Both the position numbers and the translations under genes were made by a program. A stretch of DNA of 52,771 nt from a virus. Lineage: Duplodnaviria; Caudoviricetes. The notes under the pieces were generated by a model that did no database searches, had not been told where the DNA came from, and saw only the letters and a list, made by a program, of their open reading frames with translations. Below, in pieces: positions 8,868-19,300 of the stretch; position 1 is the stretch's first letter; each line of letters starts with the position of its first letter. The stretch lies in IMG/VR virus record IMGVR_UViG_3300006810_000062, positions 1 through 52,771 of that record; one strand, given 5' to 3'.

Positions 8868-9977
8868 ATGACTAAAGCAGCAGAGTTAGCAAAGATGGGT
8901 GAAGTCCTAACCAATAGTCAGATTGGTGGCAGACGGAATATGATCTACAATGGAAATTTTCAATGCTGGCAAAGAAGCACAAATGTAACTGGTTTAGGTA
9001 CAGCTAGTGGATACTTTACTGCTGATAGATGGAGAATTAATTTAGGTGATACTTCGGCAGGAAGATTTACTATGACAAGAACAGCAGGTGATCCTGATGG
9101 TTTTAATTATGGTTTAGTAATTAACTGTACTACAGCAGATACTTCTATTGCAGCAGGTGAGCAACTTCGTATAAATCAAAGATTTGAAGGACAAGATTTA
9201 CAACAGTTGAAAAAAGGTACGTCAAGTGCTGAACCTACAACAATATCTTTTTATGCAAAGATTGTAGGAAGTGCCACAGACTTTGTAGTAGAACTACAAG
9301 ATAATGACAATACAAGAAGCATATCTAAAATATTTACTTTTACAACAGATTGGGTTCGTTATTACTGGACAATTCCCGGAGACACAACTGGAGCATTAGA
9401 TCAAGATATATCTATGTCTATGACACTAAACTTTTGGTTGCATGCAGGAAGCACTCATACAAGTGGCACATTAAACACAAATTGGAACTCAAGAACAAAT
9501 GCTAATGTAGCAGCAGGGATTGATTCTATATTTGCTAGTACAAGCAATGAGTTTTATCTTGCAGGAGTGCAATGGGAATTAGGATCACAAGCTACAAACT
9601 TTGAGCATAGATCATTTGGGGAAGAGAGACAGCTTTGTTATCGTTATTTTTATACTATGAAAGCAGCAACAGCTTTTATGAAGGTAGGTCATGGCAGAGC
9701 ATATAGTACTTCTAATACAACTGCTACATATCCAGTACCAGTTCCCATGAGAGCTAATCCAACAGGAAGTGTTTCAGCAAACGATGACTTTGGAGTTGCA
9801 GGACTTAGTGCAGGAGGTACTACAGGTACTAGTGCAGCAGCAGAAACAATGGATGACTTTAGTAGATTTGCAATTAATATAACAAGAAGTGGTGCAGATA
9901 TGTCAGCAGGAACAATATATCAAGTTGAAGCAGATAATAATACTGACATGAGAATTAATTTAGATTCAGAGTTATAG
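8868..9977 (+). CDS. tail fibre/spike with putative carbohydrate-binding module
   Basis: RRNMIYNGNFQCWQR...ADRW...QRFEG...GVQWELGSQATNFEHRS..EERQLCYRYF...MRANP. Confidence 0.7.
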   Translation: MTKAAELAKMGEVLTNSQIGGRRNMIYNGNFQCWQRSTNVTGLGTASGYFTADRWRINLGDTSAGRFTMTRTAGDPDGFNYGLVINCTTADTSIAAGEQLRINQRFEGQDLQQLKKGTSSAEPTTISFYAKIVGSATDFVVELQDNDNTRSISKIFTFTTDWVRYYWTIPGDTTGALDQDISMSMTLNFWLHAGSTHTSGTLNTNWNSRTNANVAAGIDSIFASTSNEFYLAGVQWELGSQATNFEHRSFGEERQLCYRYFYTMKAATAFMKVGHGRAYSTSNTTATYPVPVPMRANPTGSVSANDDFGVAGLSAGGTTGTSAAAETMDDFSRFAINITRSGADMSAGTIYQVEADNNTDMRINLDSEL

Positions 9978-9985
9978 AGGCTAGT

Positions 9986-10165
9986 ATGAAAGTAACAAAT
10001 GCTAAATATTGGAAATATCCTTTAACTGGGAAAGTAACACATATTTATTGTAATATAGAGGGTAGAGCAGAACAACAACAAGTGCCAATAGATAATGGAA
10101 ATACAGACTACCAAGCAATTCTTGAATGGGTAGATGAAGGCAACACAATAGAGGATGCTGATTAA
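9986..10165 (+). CDS. 59-aa fibre-associated protein
   Basis: Manual translation ...VPIDNGNTDYQAILEWVDEGNTIEDAD*; GAGG upstream; TAATG coupling. Confidence 0.7.
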   Translation: MKVTNAKYWKYPLTGKVTHIYCNIEGRAEQQQVPIDNGNTDYQAILEWVDEGNTIEDAD

Positions 10166-10359
10166 TGAAAATGGGAATACAGCCTGAATTAAAAGTACAA
10201 ATGGAATTAGAAGCACATGAAAAAGAATGTGCTATTAGATATGAAATGGTTAATGATAAATTAAGTGGATTAGATAAAAGATTGTGGAGAATGGAAGCTA
10301 TGTCTATGATTGGTACGTTAGGTATAATAGCTTTAGTTGTAACACTAGTTGTAAAATAA
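10165..10359 (+). CDS. small coiled-coil protein with C-terminal TM helix
   Basis: LEAHEKECAIRY...RLWRME followed by a hydrophobic tail. Confidence 0.7.
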   Translation: MKMGIQPELKVQMELEAHEKECAIRYEMVNDKLSGLDKRLWRMEAMSMIGTLGIIALVVTLVVK

Positions 10360-10373
10360 AATAGGAAAAGAAA

Positions 10374-11579
10374 ATGGCATCAACATATACATCAAGAATT
10401 AGATTAGAAAAACAAGCAGATGGTGAAAATCCTAACTCATGGGGTTTAATACTAAATCAAAATGTTATTGATTTAATAGATGAATCAATAGCAGGATATG
10501 AAACTGTATCTGTTTCTAGTGTTGCAGTAAGTTTAACTAATAATAGTGGAGCTACAGACCAATCAAGAAACTTTGGTTTGAAAGTTATGGGAACATTAAC
10601 TGCTAACGTAACTATAGGCATACCTGCTCAAGAGAAAATTTACTTTATACATAATGGAACTTCAGGTGACTATGATGTATTTATTAAACCTACTGGAGGT
10701 ACTGCTGTTACTGCAGCTCAACAAGGATTTAGTTCTGTTGTAGCCACTAATGGAACTCTAGTAAATAGATTAGATACAGGATCAGCAAATTCTTTAACAG
10801 TAACTGCCAATACTTCTATAGGTGGTACACTTACTGTTGATGGAGAGACTACTCTTAAAACTCATCTTAATATGGCTGATAATGATAAAATTAAATTAGG
10901 TGATTCAGGAGATTTAGAAATATATCATGATGCTTCTAACTCATATATAGTTGATACTGGTACTGGTGGACTTAATATTCAAGCAAGTTCTTTTAATTTA
11001 AGAAATGCTGCTGGTAACGAAACTGCTTTACAATTTATTGAAGATGGTGGAGTAGACTTATATCATAATAATAGTAAAAAACTTGAAACAACTAATGGAG
11101 GAGTTGCAGTAACTGGAATTGTATCAGCAACTTCATTTGCAGGTAATGGTTCAACACTAAGTAATGTAGGTAAGACTTTACAAGTAGTTCAGGCAGGTTA
11201 TGGTACTTCTTATGCTTTAACATCATCTTATGCAACAACAAATTTAGCATTAGCAATTAGTACTGCTGCTGCTTCTAATAAAGTATTAGTACAAGTTAAT
11301 GTATATACTGATACAAGGTCACAAGTTACAGATGGTAAAGCAGTATTTAAATTATATAGAGGAGGTACTGATTTAGGTTATATTGGTTCATATGCTTCTG
11401 AAGGAGCTAGAACTCAAGCTATGGTTGCTATGCAATTTTTAGATTCTCCCGGATCAGCAGCTTCACATACATATACTTTATATGCAAAAAAAGAAAATGG
11501 TTCAGTTGATTTACATGATAGTGATATGATTGCTGAAGCATCTCAAAGTCGTATAACCTGTACAGAGTTAGCATATTAA
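10374..11579 (+). CDS. tail fibre protein
   Basis: N-terminal ASTY..RLEKQADGEN..SWG anchor-like segment; shares the DLEIYHD module with 5296..6513. Confidence 0.75.
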   Translation: MASTYTSRIRLEKQADGENPNSWGLILNQNVIDLIDESIAGYETVSVSSVAVSLTNNSGATDQSRNFGLKVMGTLTANVTIGIPAQEKIYFIHNGTSGDYDVFIKPTGGTAVTAAQQGFSSVVATNGTLVNRLDTGSANSLTVTANTSIGGTLTVDGETTLKTHLNMADNDKIKLGDSGDLEIYHDASNSYIVDTGTGGLNIQASSFNLRNAAGNETALQFIEDGGVDLYHNNSKKLETTNGGVAVTGIVSATSFAGNGSTLSNVGKTLQVVQAGYGTSYALTSSYATTNLALAISTAAASNKVLVQVNVYTDTRSQVTDGKAVFKLYRGGTDLGYIGSYASEGARTQAMVAMQFLDSPGSAASHTYTLYAKKENGSVDLHDSDMIAEASQSRITCTELAY

Positions 11580-13450
11580 TGTCATCAACAGATTCAAAAC
11601 TTCAATCATTAAAATTTTTACCCGGATTTCATAGAGAGTCAACTCAATATGCTGAAGAAGGTAAATGGTTTGATGGTAATAGAGTTAGGTTTAGAGAAGG
11701 TAAACCTGAAAACATACGAGGTTATTCAAAACATAATTCAACAGTTTTATCAGGTCAAATTAGAGATGTGTTAACATGGTCAGATAATAATACTAAAAAA
11801 ATGATAATAGCTGGTTCAAACAAACAAGCTTATGTTGAATTAGGAGATGTTATTTATGATGTAACTCCTATTACTTCTATCGTATCTGTTCAAAATATTT
11901 TTACAACAGCTAATGGTTCTATAGAAATTGTTACAAGCATAACTAATCATGGAAGATCAGAAGGTGATAGAATTATTGTTGAAGGTGCTGCAGATGTAGG
12001 TGGAGTAACTTTACCTAGACTATTACCTTATACTATTACAAGTGTTACTAATATAAATAAATTTACATTTAATGGTCCTACTACAGCAACAGGAACAGCT
12101 ACAGGTGGAGGTACTGCTGTATCAGTAGCATATTTATTAGATAATGAATTATCTGATAGTATACAAGGTTTAGGTTATGGTGCTGCTATTTTTAATGCAG
12201 GTGCTTCTGTAACAGGAGAAAGAGCATGGAATGTTGCAGCTTCATCTTCAGGAATTACCTTTCAAGGTAGCCAATGGAAGTTTGATAATTGGGGTCAAGA
12301 TGTATTAGGACTACGTAGAGGTGGTAATATATTTTATTTTGATACTGCTGCTTCTATAACACCTTCAAGAATGTTGCCTATTACTAGTTCAACTAATGCT
12401 ACTCATGTTACAGCTACGTCTGCTCCTTCAAAGTCTAATTTTTTAGTTGTTTCTCCTAATGATAGACATGCTATTTGTTTTGGTACTAATGAATTTTCAG
12501 GAGCAGCTTTTAATCCTCTGTTAGTTAGATGGTCAGACCAAGAAGACTTTACTAATTGGACTCCTTCTATAACAACAACATCAGGTGAGACTGTGTTAAC
12601 TGATGGTACAGAAATTATAGGAGCAACTCGTTCTAGAAATAATATAGCTATATGGACTGACAATGCTATGTATACAATGCAATATGTAGGTCCTCCTTTT
12701 ATATTTAGTTTTACTCAAGTAGGTACTAACTGTGGTTTAATAAGTCCTCATGGAGCTATTGATTACGATGGTATTTCTTATTGGATGAGTGACAATAACT
12801 TCTATGCTTTTGATGGAAGAATAAATAATTTACCTTGTACTATACGTAGACATTTGTTTGGTAATTTTAATAATACAAATAAAGATAAAGTTTATGCAGG
12901 AATTAATTCTGAGTTTAAAGAAATTATTTGGTTGTATCCTAAAGCAGGATCAACTGAACCTAATGCTTATGTTATATATAATGTAGAAGAAAAGACATGG
13001 GTATATGGAGATTCTTTTTATAGTACGTTTAATGATCGAACAGTATTTAGTAATACAATTACAACAGGAAATACATCTGATACTGCTACTCCTTATCTTT
13101 ATGATAACGAACCTACAGGTGTTTATACTGGAGATGGAGTAGCTTTATCTTCCTTTCTTGAATCTTCTAAGTTTGATCTAGACGAAGGAGATGATATAAT
13201 GTACATGGATAAGATTATTCCTGACTATGCTATTGATTCAGGAAATCAAATAGAAATATTTATTCAAACAAATGCTTATCCTAATGGACCATTAACAACT
13301 AAAGGACCTTTTATTATTCAACCTTCTACAGAAAAAATAAATTTTAGGGCTAGAGGTAGACAGGTTTCAGTTATTGTTTCAGGAACTAATGATGGTTCTT
13401 GGAGATGGGGTGAGGTTAGACTATCTACTCAAAAAGATGGTAGAAGATAA
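11579..13450 (+). CDS. tail nozzle / tail tubular protein B (P22 gp10-like)
   Basis: 623 aa, beta-rich; LVRWSDQED, IWTDNAMYTMQYVGPPFIF, NCGLI motifs; ends DGRR. Confidence 0.7.
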   Translation: MSSTDSKLQSLKFLPGFHRESTQYAEEGKWFDGNRVRFREGKPENIRGYSKHNSTVLSGQIRDVLTWSDNNTKKMIIAGSNKQAYVELGDVIYDVTPITSIVSVQNIFTTANGSIEIVTSITNHGRSEGDRIIVEGAADVGGVTLPRLLPYTITSVTNINKFTFNGPTTATGTATGGGTAVSVAYLLDNELSDSIQGLGYGAAIFNAGASVTGERAWNVAASSSGITFQGSQWKFDNWGQDVLGLRRGGNIFYFDTAASITPSRMLPITSSTNATHVTATSAPSKSNFLVVSPNDRHAICFGTNEFSGAAFNPLLVRWSDQEDFTNWTPSITTTSGETVLTDGTEIIGATRSRNNIAIWTDNAMYTMQYVGPPFIFSFTQVGTNCGLISPHGAIDYDGISYWMSDNNFYAFDGRINNLPCTIRRHLFGNFNNTNKDKVYAGINSEFKEIIWLYPKAGSTEPNAYVIYNVEEKTWVYGDSFYSTFNDRTVFSNTITTGNTSDTATPYLYDNEPTGVYTGDGVALSSFLESSKFDLDEGDDIMYMDKIIPDYAIDSGNQIEIFIQTNAYPNGPLTTKGPFIIQPSTEKINFRARGRQVSVIVSGTNDGSWRWGEVRLSTQKDGRR

Positions 13451-13722
13451 TGGCTAACTATCCACAAGTACCTAGCTTTACTTCTTTTTCTACTTCTGAA
13501 TTAAATAAAATGTACACTTTAATAAGAGAATGGAGTAATCAATTAAGTTTTGAATTAGAAACAAGAGATGCTTTAGTTGATTTTAAACCAGCAACAAATG
13601 TATATGCAGTAGTTACTGTTACAGAAATAGGAAGACCTAGTTCAGGTGATATAGCTTATTCTAAAGATGAAGGTAAATTTAAAGGTTATGTAGATGGAAC
13701 AGGATGGGTAAATTTTAACTAA
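13450..13722 (+). CDS. small tail-associated protein
   Basis: ORF track; GDIAYS..EGKFKGY..GTGW. Confidence 0.65.
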   Translation: MANYPQVPSFTSFSTSELNKMYTLIREWSNQLSFELETRDALVDFKPATNVYAVVTVTEIGRPSSGDIAYSKDEGKFKGYVDGTGWVNFN

Positions 13723-13976
13723 TGAATAAACAAGAATATTTTAATTTAATAAATAATAGTACTTATATTGAAAATATTAATACAGGAACTGTAAAAACAA
13801 ATGATTATTTTGGTACAAAAACTGTACAAGGTATGGCATTAAACATTGGTTCGTTGTATAATAAGAGTAATGATATGCAAAGTAATATAAGTAATTTTCA
13901 ATCTAATATGACAAAGGCACAGTCTAATTATACTATGCCAAATAAGGTGAAAAATAATAATGGCATACTTAGTTAA
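13722..13976 (+). CDS. hypothetical protein
   Basis: ORF track; translational coupling. Confidence 0.55.
   Translation: MNKQEYFNLINNSTYIENINTGTVKTNDYFGTKTVQGMALNIGSLYNKSNDMQSNISNFQSNMTKAQSNYTMPNKVKNNNGILS
13834..13862 (+). promoter_or_regulatory. possible internal sigma70-type promoter
   Basis: TGGCAT-N17-TATAAT upstream of 13960. Confidence 0.35.
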
Positions 13977-14676
13977 TAGAGAAGCTCCTATGAGTGGGTT
14001 ATCAAATCTTCTTGCTTTAAAAGGTAGGCAAGGTGATACTGAATTAATTCATATGTCTAAACCTGAAGTAAACGTGTTAGAACGTATGGGTAAATTATCA
14101 GTTAATCCTCGTACAGGTTTACCTGAAGCTTTTCGTTTAAATGAAAAGATACAAAGTATAGGTGATATGTCTTTAGAAGAAAACTCTGAATCAGCTATGC
14201 AACAATTAATTAATTATGGTAGAAATAAATTAGAAAAACTTAATGTAATATCTACACCTAATGAAGGACTACAACAGATAATGCCTAAACCTCCTTTAGA
14301 AATGAAACAACCTATGCCACCACAACCTATGCCACCACAACCTATGCCTAATCAAGGTGGTTTATCTGCTATGTTAGCTGAAGGTGGTCAAGGTAAAAGT
14401 GGTTACTTTGAAGGAATGGTTGAAGGAGAAGGTGATGGAATGGATGATACAGTTGACTTTAAAGTTGAAGGTGATCCAATTATTAAACGTGCTAAACTAA
14501 GTAATGAAGAGTATGTAATGCCAGCAGATAGTGTTGCTATATTAGGTAATGGTTCTTCTGATGCAGGTGCAGAAAAATTAGATGACTTTATAAAATATAT
14601 AATAAGTAAAGCTTTTGGTACAACAGAACAACAGAATGAAATAAATGCTAGTAAAGAATTGAAGGGATTAGTATAA
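13960..14676 (+). CDS. putative internal virion (ejection) protein
   Basis: GRQGDTELIH..VNPRTGLPE and VEGEGDGMDD..LSNEEYVMPAD..LGNGSSDAGA motifs; position after the nozzle gene. Confidence 0.6.
   Translation: MAYLVNREAPMSGLSNLLALKGRQGDTELIHMSKPEVNVLERMGKLSVNPRTGLPEAFRLNEKIQSIGDMSLEENSESAMQQLINYGRNKLEKLNVISTPNEGLQQIMPKPPLEMKQPMPPQPMPPQPMPNQGGLSAMLAEGGQGKSGYFEGMVEGEGDGMDDTVDFKVEGDPIIKRAKLSNEEYVMPADSVAILGNGSSDAGAEKLDDFIKYIISKAFGTTEQQNEINASKELKGLV
14308..14349 (+). repeat. 15-bp tandem repeat, about 3 copies (QPMPP)
   Basis: caacctatgccacca x2 followed by caacctatgcct. Confidence 0.9.
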
Positions 14677-16334
14677 TGGCAGTAGATATAACAGGTAGGT
14701 ATAGTGTTCCTGATGATTATAAATCAGGGTTAGCTGATGTATTAAAGGAAGCTAAAAATATATATGAAACTAAAAAAGAGTTAGGTTATCCAACTTATAC
14801 TGGTGATAGATATTCCGGGTTTAATCCTGAAGAACTAGCAGGTATGTCAGGTATTTCTAGTTTAGTAGGTAAAGGTCAAACATATTTTGATCCTGCTGAA
14901 AGTTTTTATAAAGGTCAGTCTGATAAATTTAGTGATAACATGGCTTCATATATGAATCCTTATCAACAAGCAGTTATTGATGTAGAAAAAAGAGAAGCAG
15001 GTAGAGACTTTGACAAAGGCTTACAGACTATAGGAATGGGTGCAGTAGGTGCAGGAAGTTTTGGAGGTTCTAGACAAGGTGTAGTTGAGTCTGAAGCATT
15101 AAGAAATTACCAATCAAAGTTAGGTGACATACAGACTAAGGGAAGTAAGGCAGCTTTTGAAAATGCACAAAAAGCTTTTGAATCTCAAAAGGCTAGAGAA
15201 AAATCTGCTGCTGCAGGTCTATCATCTTTAGGACAATTAGCTCCTCAACAAGCTTTAAAAGAATATACAGGTATGACAAGTGTAGGTGAAGCTCAAAGAG
15301 ATATGACTGATAAAGGACTAAATCAAAACTATGCTGACTATCAATCTCAATTAAATTTTCCAAATACCTTATTAGATAGGTATCAATCAACCTTATATGG
15401 TTATCCTTATCAATCTACTGAGGTAGCTGATGTATATAGAAAACCTTCAGGCATGAGTAATTTTATGAACCTTGTAGGAACAGGAGCTAAACTATATGGT
15501 ATGTCTCAAGGTATGCCTTTTAAAACAGGTGGTCAAGTAGCTTTTGATTCTGATGGTGGTTTATCTGCTATGTTACAAGCAGGTTCTCAAGCTAACAGTG
15601 TTAATAATCCTACTTCTATATTTGATAATCAAAAAAGTAATAAGAATCAACTTACTAATAAAGAACAACTTATGCAAATGTTATTAGGTTCATATGGAGA
15701 TTTATCTAATACAATAACTGAAAGTCAGAAACTTCAAGAAGAAATGGCTAATAAACAATTAGCTAGATTAGATAATACTTCTGGAAACATGGCTAATTTT
15801 ATTGGTGATGCTTTAATTAATGCAGCTCAAGTTGATCCAAGAGCAGGAACATTTAGTGCATTAGCTCAAGGTGCTGCTGAAGCTACAGAAAATTTACCTA
15901 ATGTTGAAGAAGAGAAATATAAAATACAACAAGCTTTATTACAAGGTAAGATATCTGCAGCTGAAGCTAAAGCAAAGCTTGCAGGATTAAATATAAAAGG
16001 TTATACTGATCTAGCAGCTTTAGGTCAAGGAAAATTAGATGCTCCAATTTTATCAGCTTTATCAAAACAAATAGCTGCAAAAAATAATGTGATGTTTAGT
16101 GATGAAAATGGTTTTACACTTATTAATGGACAAGCTGTAGATCCAGCAACTAAAGATTTAATGCAGAAACAATTAAAAGAAGTTTTAAATTTTTATAATC
16201 AATCTGGAAATTTAAACGATACTATGAATTATCTTTTTGATTTAAGTACAGTAAAAAAAGACAAAACACCTCCGAATAACATAGAAGGTGATCCTAATAT
16301 TATTAGTCAACTTCTAAAAAACAAAACAACTTAG
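14676..16334 (+). CDS. putative internal virion / DNA ejection protein
   Basis: YMNPYQQAVID, AVGAGSFGGSRQGV motifs; Q/A/G-rich helical composition. Confidence 0.65.
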   Translation: MAVDITGRYSVPDDYKSGLADVLKEAKNIYETKKELGYPTYTGDRYSGFNPEELAGMSGISSLVGKGQTYFDPAESFYKGQSDKFSDNMASYMNPYQQAVIDVEKREAGRDFDKGLQTIGMGAVGAGSFGGSRQGVVESEALRNYQSKLGDIQTKGSKAAFENAQKAFESQKAREKSAAAGLSSLGQLAPQQALKEYTGMTSVGEAQRDMTDKGLNQNYADYQSQLNFPNTLLDRYQSTLYGYPYQSTEVADVYRKPSGMSNFMNLVGTGAKLYGMSQGMPFKTGGQVAFDSDGGLSAMLQAGSQANSVNNPTSIFDNQKSNKNQLTNKEQLMQMLLGSYGDLSNTITESQKLQEEMANKQLARLDNTSGNMANFIGDALINAAQVDPRAGTFSALAQGAAEATENLPNVEEEKYKIQQALLQGKISAAEAKAKLAGLNIKGYTDLAALGQGKLDAPILSALSKQIAAKNNVMFSDENGFTLINGQAVDPATKDLMQKQLKEVLNFYNQSGNLNDTMNYLFDLSTVKKDKTPPNNIEGDPNIISQLLKNKTT

Positions 16335-16343
16335 GATAATTAA

Positions 16344-19300
16344 ATGGCTATAGCTTTTGGTACTCAAGAGTATGAAGATATTTCTAATGAAGTAGCTTTA
16401 CTAGCAAAAAATAATCAAATAAAAAATAACCAAGATTTAAATAATTATTTAACTTCTAAAGATGTTTCTATTCTTGATTTTAAAAGAGCAGTTGATGAAG
16501 AAGCTACACAAAAAGCTCGTGTAAAAAGTGGTGAAGCTTATGGAACTGTTGCTGATGGTATTGAACTATTTGGTGTAGGTGTTCCTATGCCTTCTAAAAT
16601 AATAGGTCGTGCTTTAGGAAATATAACTGATGATGTTACAAGTGCTATAGGATCAGGTATAGAACTTACTGCAGGTAAAAAAGCTAGAAAAAATGTAAGT
16701 AATTTTTTTGGGGAAGCAGGAAACATTATTAAAAATGTTATAGGTCAAGAAAACACTGATTCATTAAAAAGAACTTTTGATCCTAAAACTAATACAGCAG
16801 AACAAGTAGCTAGTACTTTTGCTGAGTTTGCTTTACCTTTTGGAGTTGCTACTAAAACTTTAGGAACATTAGGAAAGGTTGCTAAGATTCCTAAAGCTAC
16901 TACTAAAGCTCAAAAAAGAATTAGAGATTATTCTAAGTATGGTACAGCAGGTGTAGTAGCAGATGTTTTTACAAGAGATGAAGATGAACAACTTACTATG
17001 AATTTAGTACAGATGATTCCCGGTATGGAAGATTCTTTATCTTCTTTAGCTATAGACCCTGATGATTCTTTTGCAGAAAAAAAACTTAAGCAGTCTGTTG
17101 ATTCTTTAATAGGTCAAATTGCTTTTGGTGGTCTTATAATTGGTGGTATTAGTGTAACAAAAAGTGGCATTAATGTAGGTGGAAAAATAATTTCAAAAAC
17201 TGATCTTGTTAATAAACTTAAAAAAGGTTCATCTTCTTTAACTAATAAAGTTAGTGCAATAAAAAATAGTAAGATTATGACTCCTATTAATAATAGTGCT
17301 AATACTATAACATCTAATGTAAAAGCAACTAAAAATTCTTTAGGTCAGTATATGCAAACAGGTACTGCTAAAAATGTATTAGGAAAAATAGGAAATATAA
17401 ATAGTTTTTTAGGTAAAGCTTTTACTTCTAAAGCAGGAATGAGTGATCCTTTATTTAAAGCTAATATTCTTAGAAGAGAATATGCAGAAGCTAGAGATAT
17501 TCTTGCTAAAAAAGAAGCTAAAGAATTAGAACGACTTATAAAAAAATATAACTCTGATAGAGACTTAGTTAACAAAGTTTTACAAGGTGCTTATGTTTCT
17601 AATCCAAATAATAATCCTAAGATAGCTAAAGAAGTTATTGACCAAGCTCAAAAAATGAATAAGATGATACAAGATAATACTCCTATAATTAAAAGCTTAT
17701 TAAAATTAAAGGATGATGATGTATTATCTTTACAATTAGATGCTAATAATGGTACGTATTTAACAAGAACATATCAATTTAGTAGCAATCCTCAATGGAC
17801 AAAACAAATAGGTAAAGTATTAGATGGTAAATTAAAACCTAACTCTCAAAATAATCAAGACTTAATTAATATAGTTGAAAATGCTAGATCATATATTTTA
17901 AAACAACATCCTTCATTAAATAGGGATCAAGCAGATAACATATTAAATGAAATGTTATTAAAAGGCAAAGCAGGAGAACAAGTTAATTTATTTGAAACAT
18001 TATTATATGAAGGTGTAGGTGGTGTTGGTAAAAAAGTAGGAGTAAGAGTAGGTAAAAAAAGAAAAAATATTGATAAACCTATCTTAGAATTTTTAGGAGA
18101 AATAAAAGACCCTACTAAAAATTTTGTAACAACTATTCAAAATCAAAATAGATTAATAGCTAAAGCAAAATATTTAAATGATATTAAAAGTATTGCTGAA
18201 AATTCTTTAGGAAGACAAGTTAAGTTAGAAGGTTTATTTCCTTCTCTTCCTACAGAAGTAAGTACTTTTGTTAAAGCAAACATTGCTCCTAATAAATTTA
18301 TTAATAAAAAATTAAGTGACTTAGAAGCAGTAAAAGAGTTAGAAGGTTTAGGTGTATCTTCTAAACGATTAGGTCTAGATGATATATATACAACACCTGA
18401 GATGGGTACAGTTTTTGATAGAGGTTTAGATGTTTTTGGTTTTGAAGGGTCAAAAAATTTTTATTTAAATGGGTTTGCTAAACTTGCAGGTATAGGACAA
18501 GCTAATCAAACAGTTCTTGATAATGCTACTCATGTATTAAATGTTTATGGTGCTGCTCAACAAGTAGCTATGAATGGACATTTTTTTAATAAACAAGTTT
18601 ATAATAATTCAGTAAGTTCTTTAAAAACTGTATTAGAAAAAGCTAAATTACAAGACCCTAAAGCTTTAGAAGAATTAGCTTATTTAAAACAATCAGGATT
18701 AATTGATTCTAGTGTTGATGCAGAAATAGTTTTAAAAAATTTAAATTTAAGAGGAACTTCAGATGATATAGTTGGAGAAAAATCATTAGCTAAAAAAATA
18801 TATGATGTACCTTTTAAAGGAATTAAAAAAACACTTAAAATAGCTTCAGGAGTTTATGGTGGTGTTGATGATGTATCTAAGTTAATAGCTTTAAAAGCAG
18901 AAGTAGCTCAATATAGAAAAGCATTTCCTAATTTAAGTGAAAAAGAAATCTTAGATAAATCAATAGAGATAGTACGTAATACAATGCCTTCTTACTCTAC
19001 TGCAGCTCCTGCAGTTAGACTTTTATCTCGTGTACCTTTAGGAACATATGCTACTTTTCCTGCTGAAATGGTTAGGACTACAAAAAATATAGTAAGCCAA
19101 GGAATAAGAGATGTATTAGAAGGAAGAAGAACAAATAATTCTGCATTAAAAAACATAGGATATAAAAGATTAACATCAGCAGCAGGTGTAACTACAGGTT
19201 TAGGAGTAGGTATAACAACATACAATCAATTAAATGATGTGACTCCTGTAAATGAAAGAGCAGTTAAATTATTAAGTGCTGATTATTCTAAAAATAGTCC

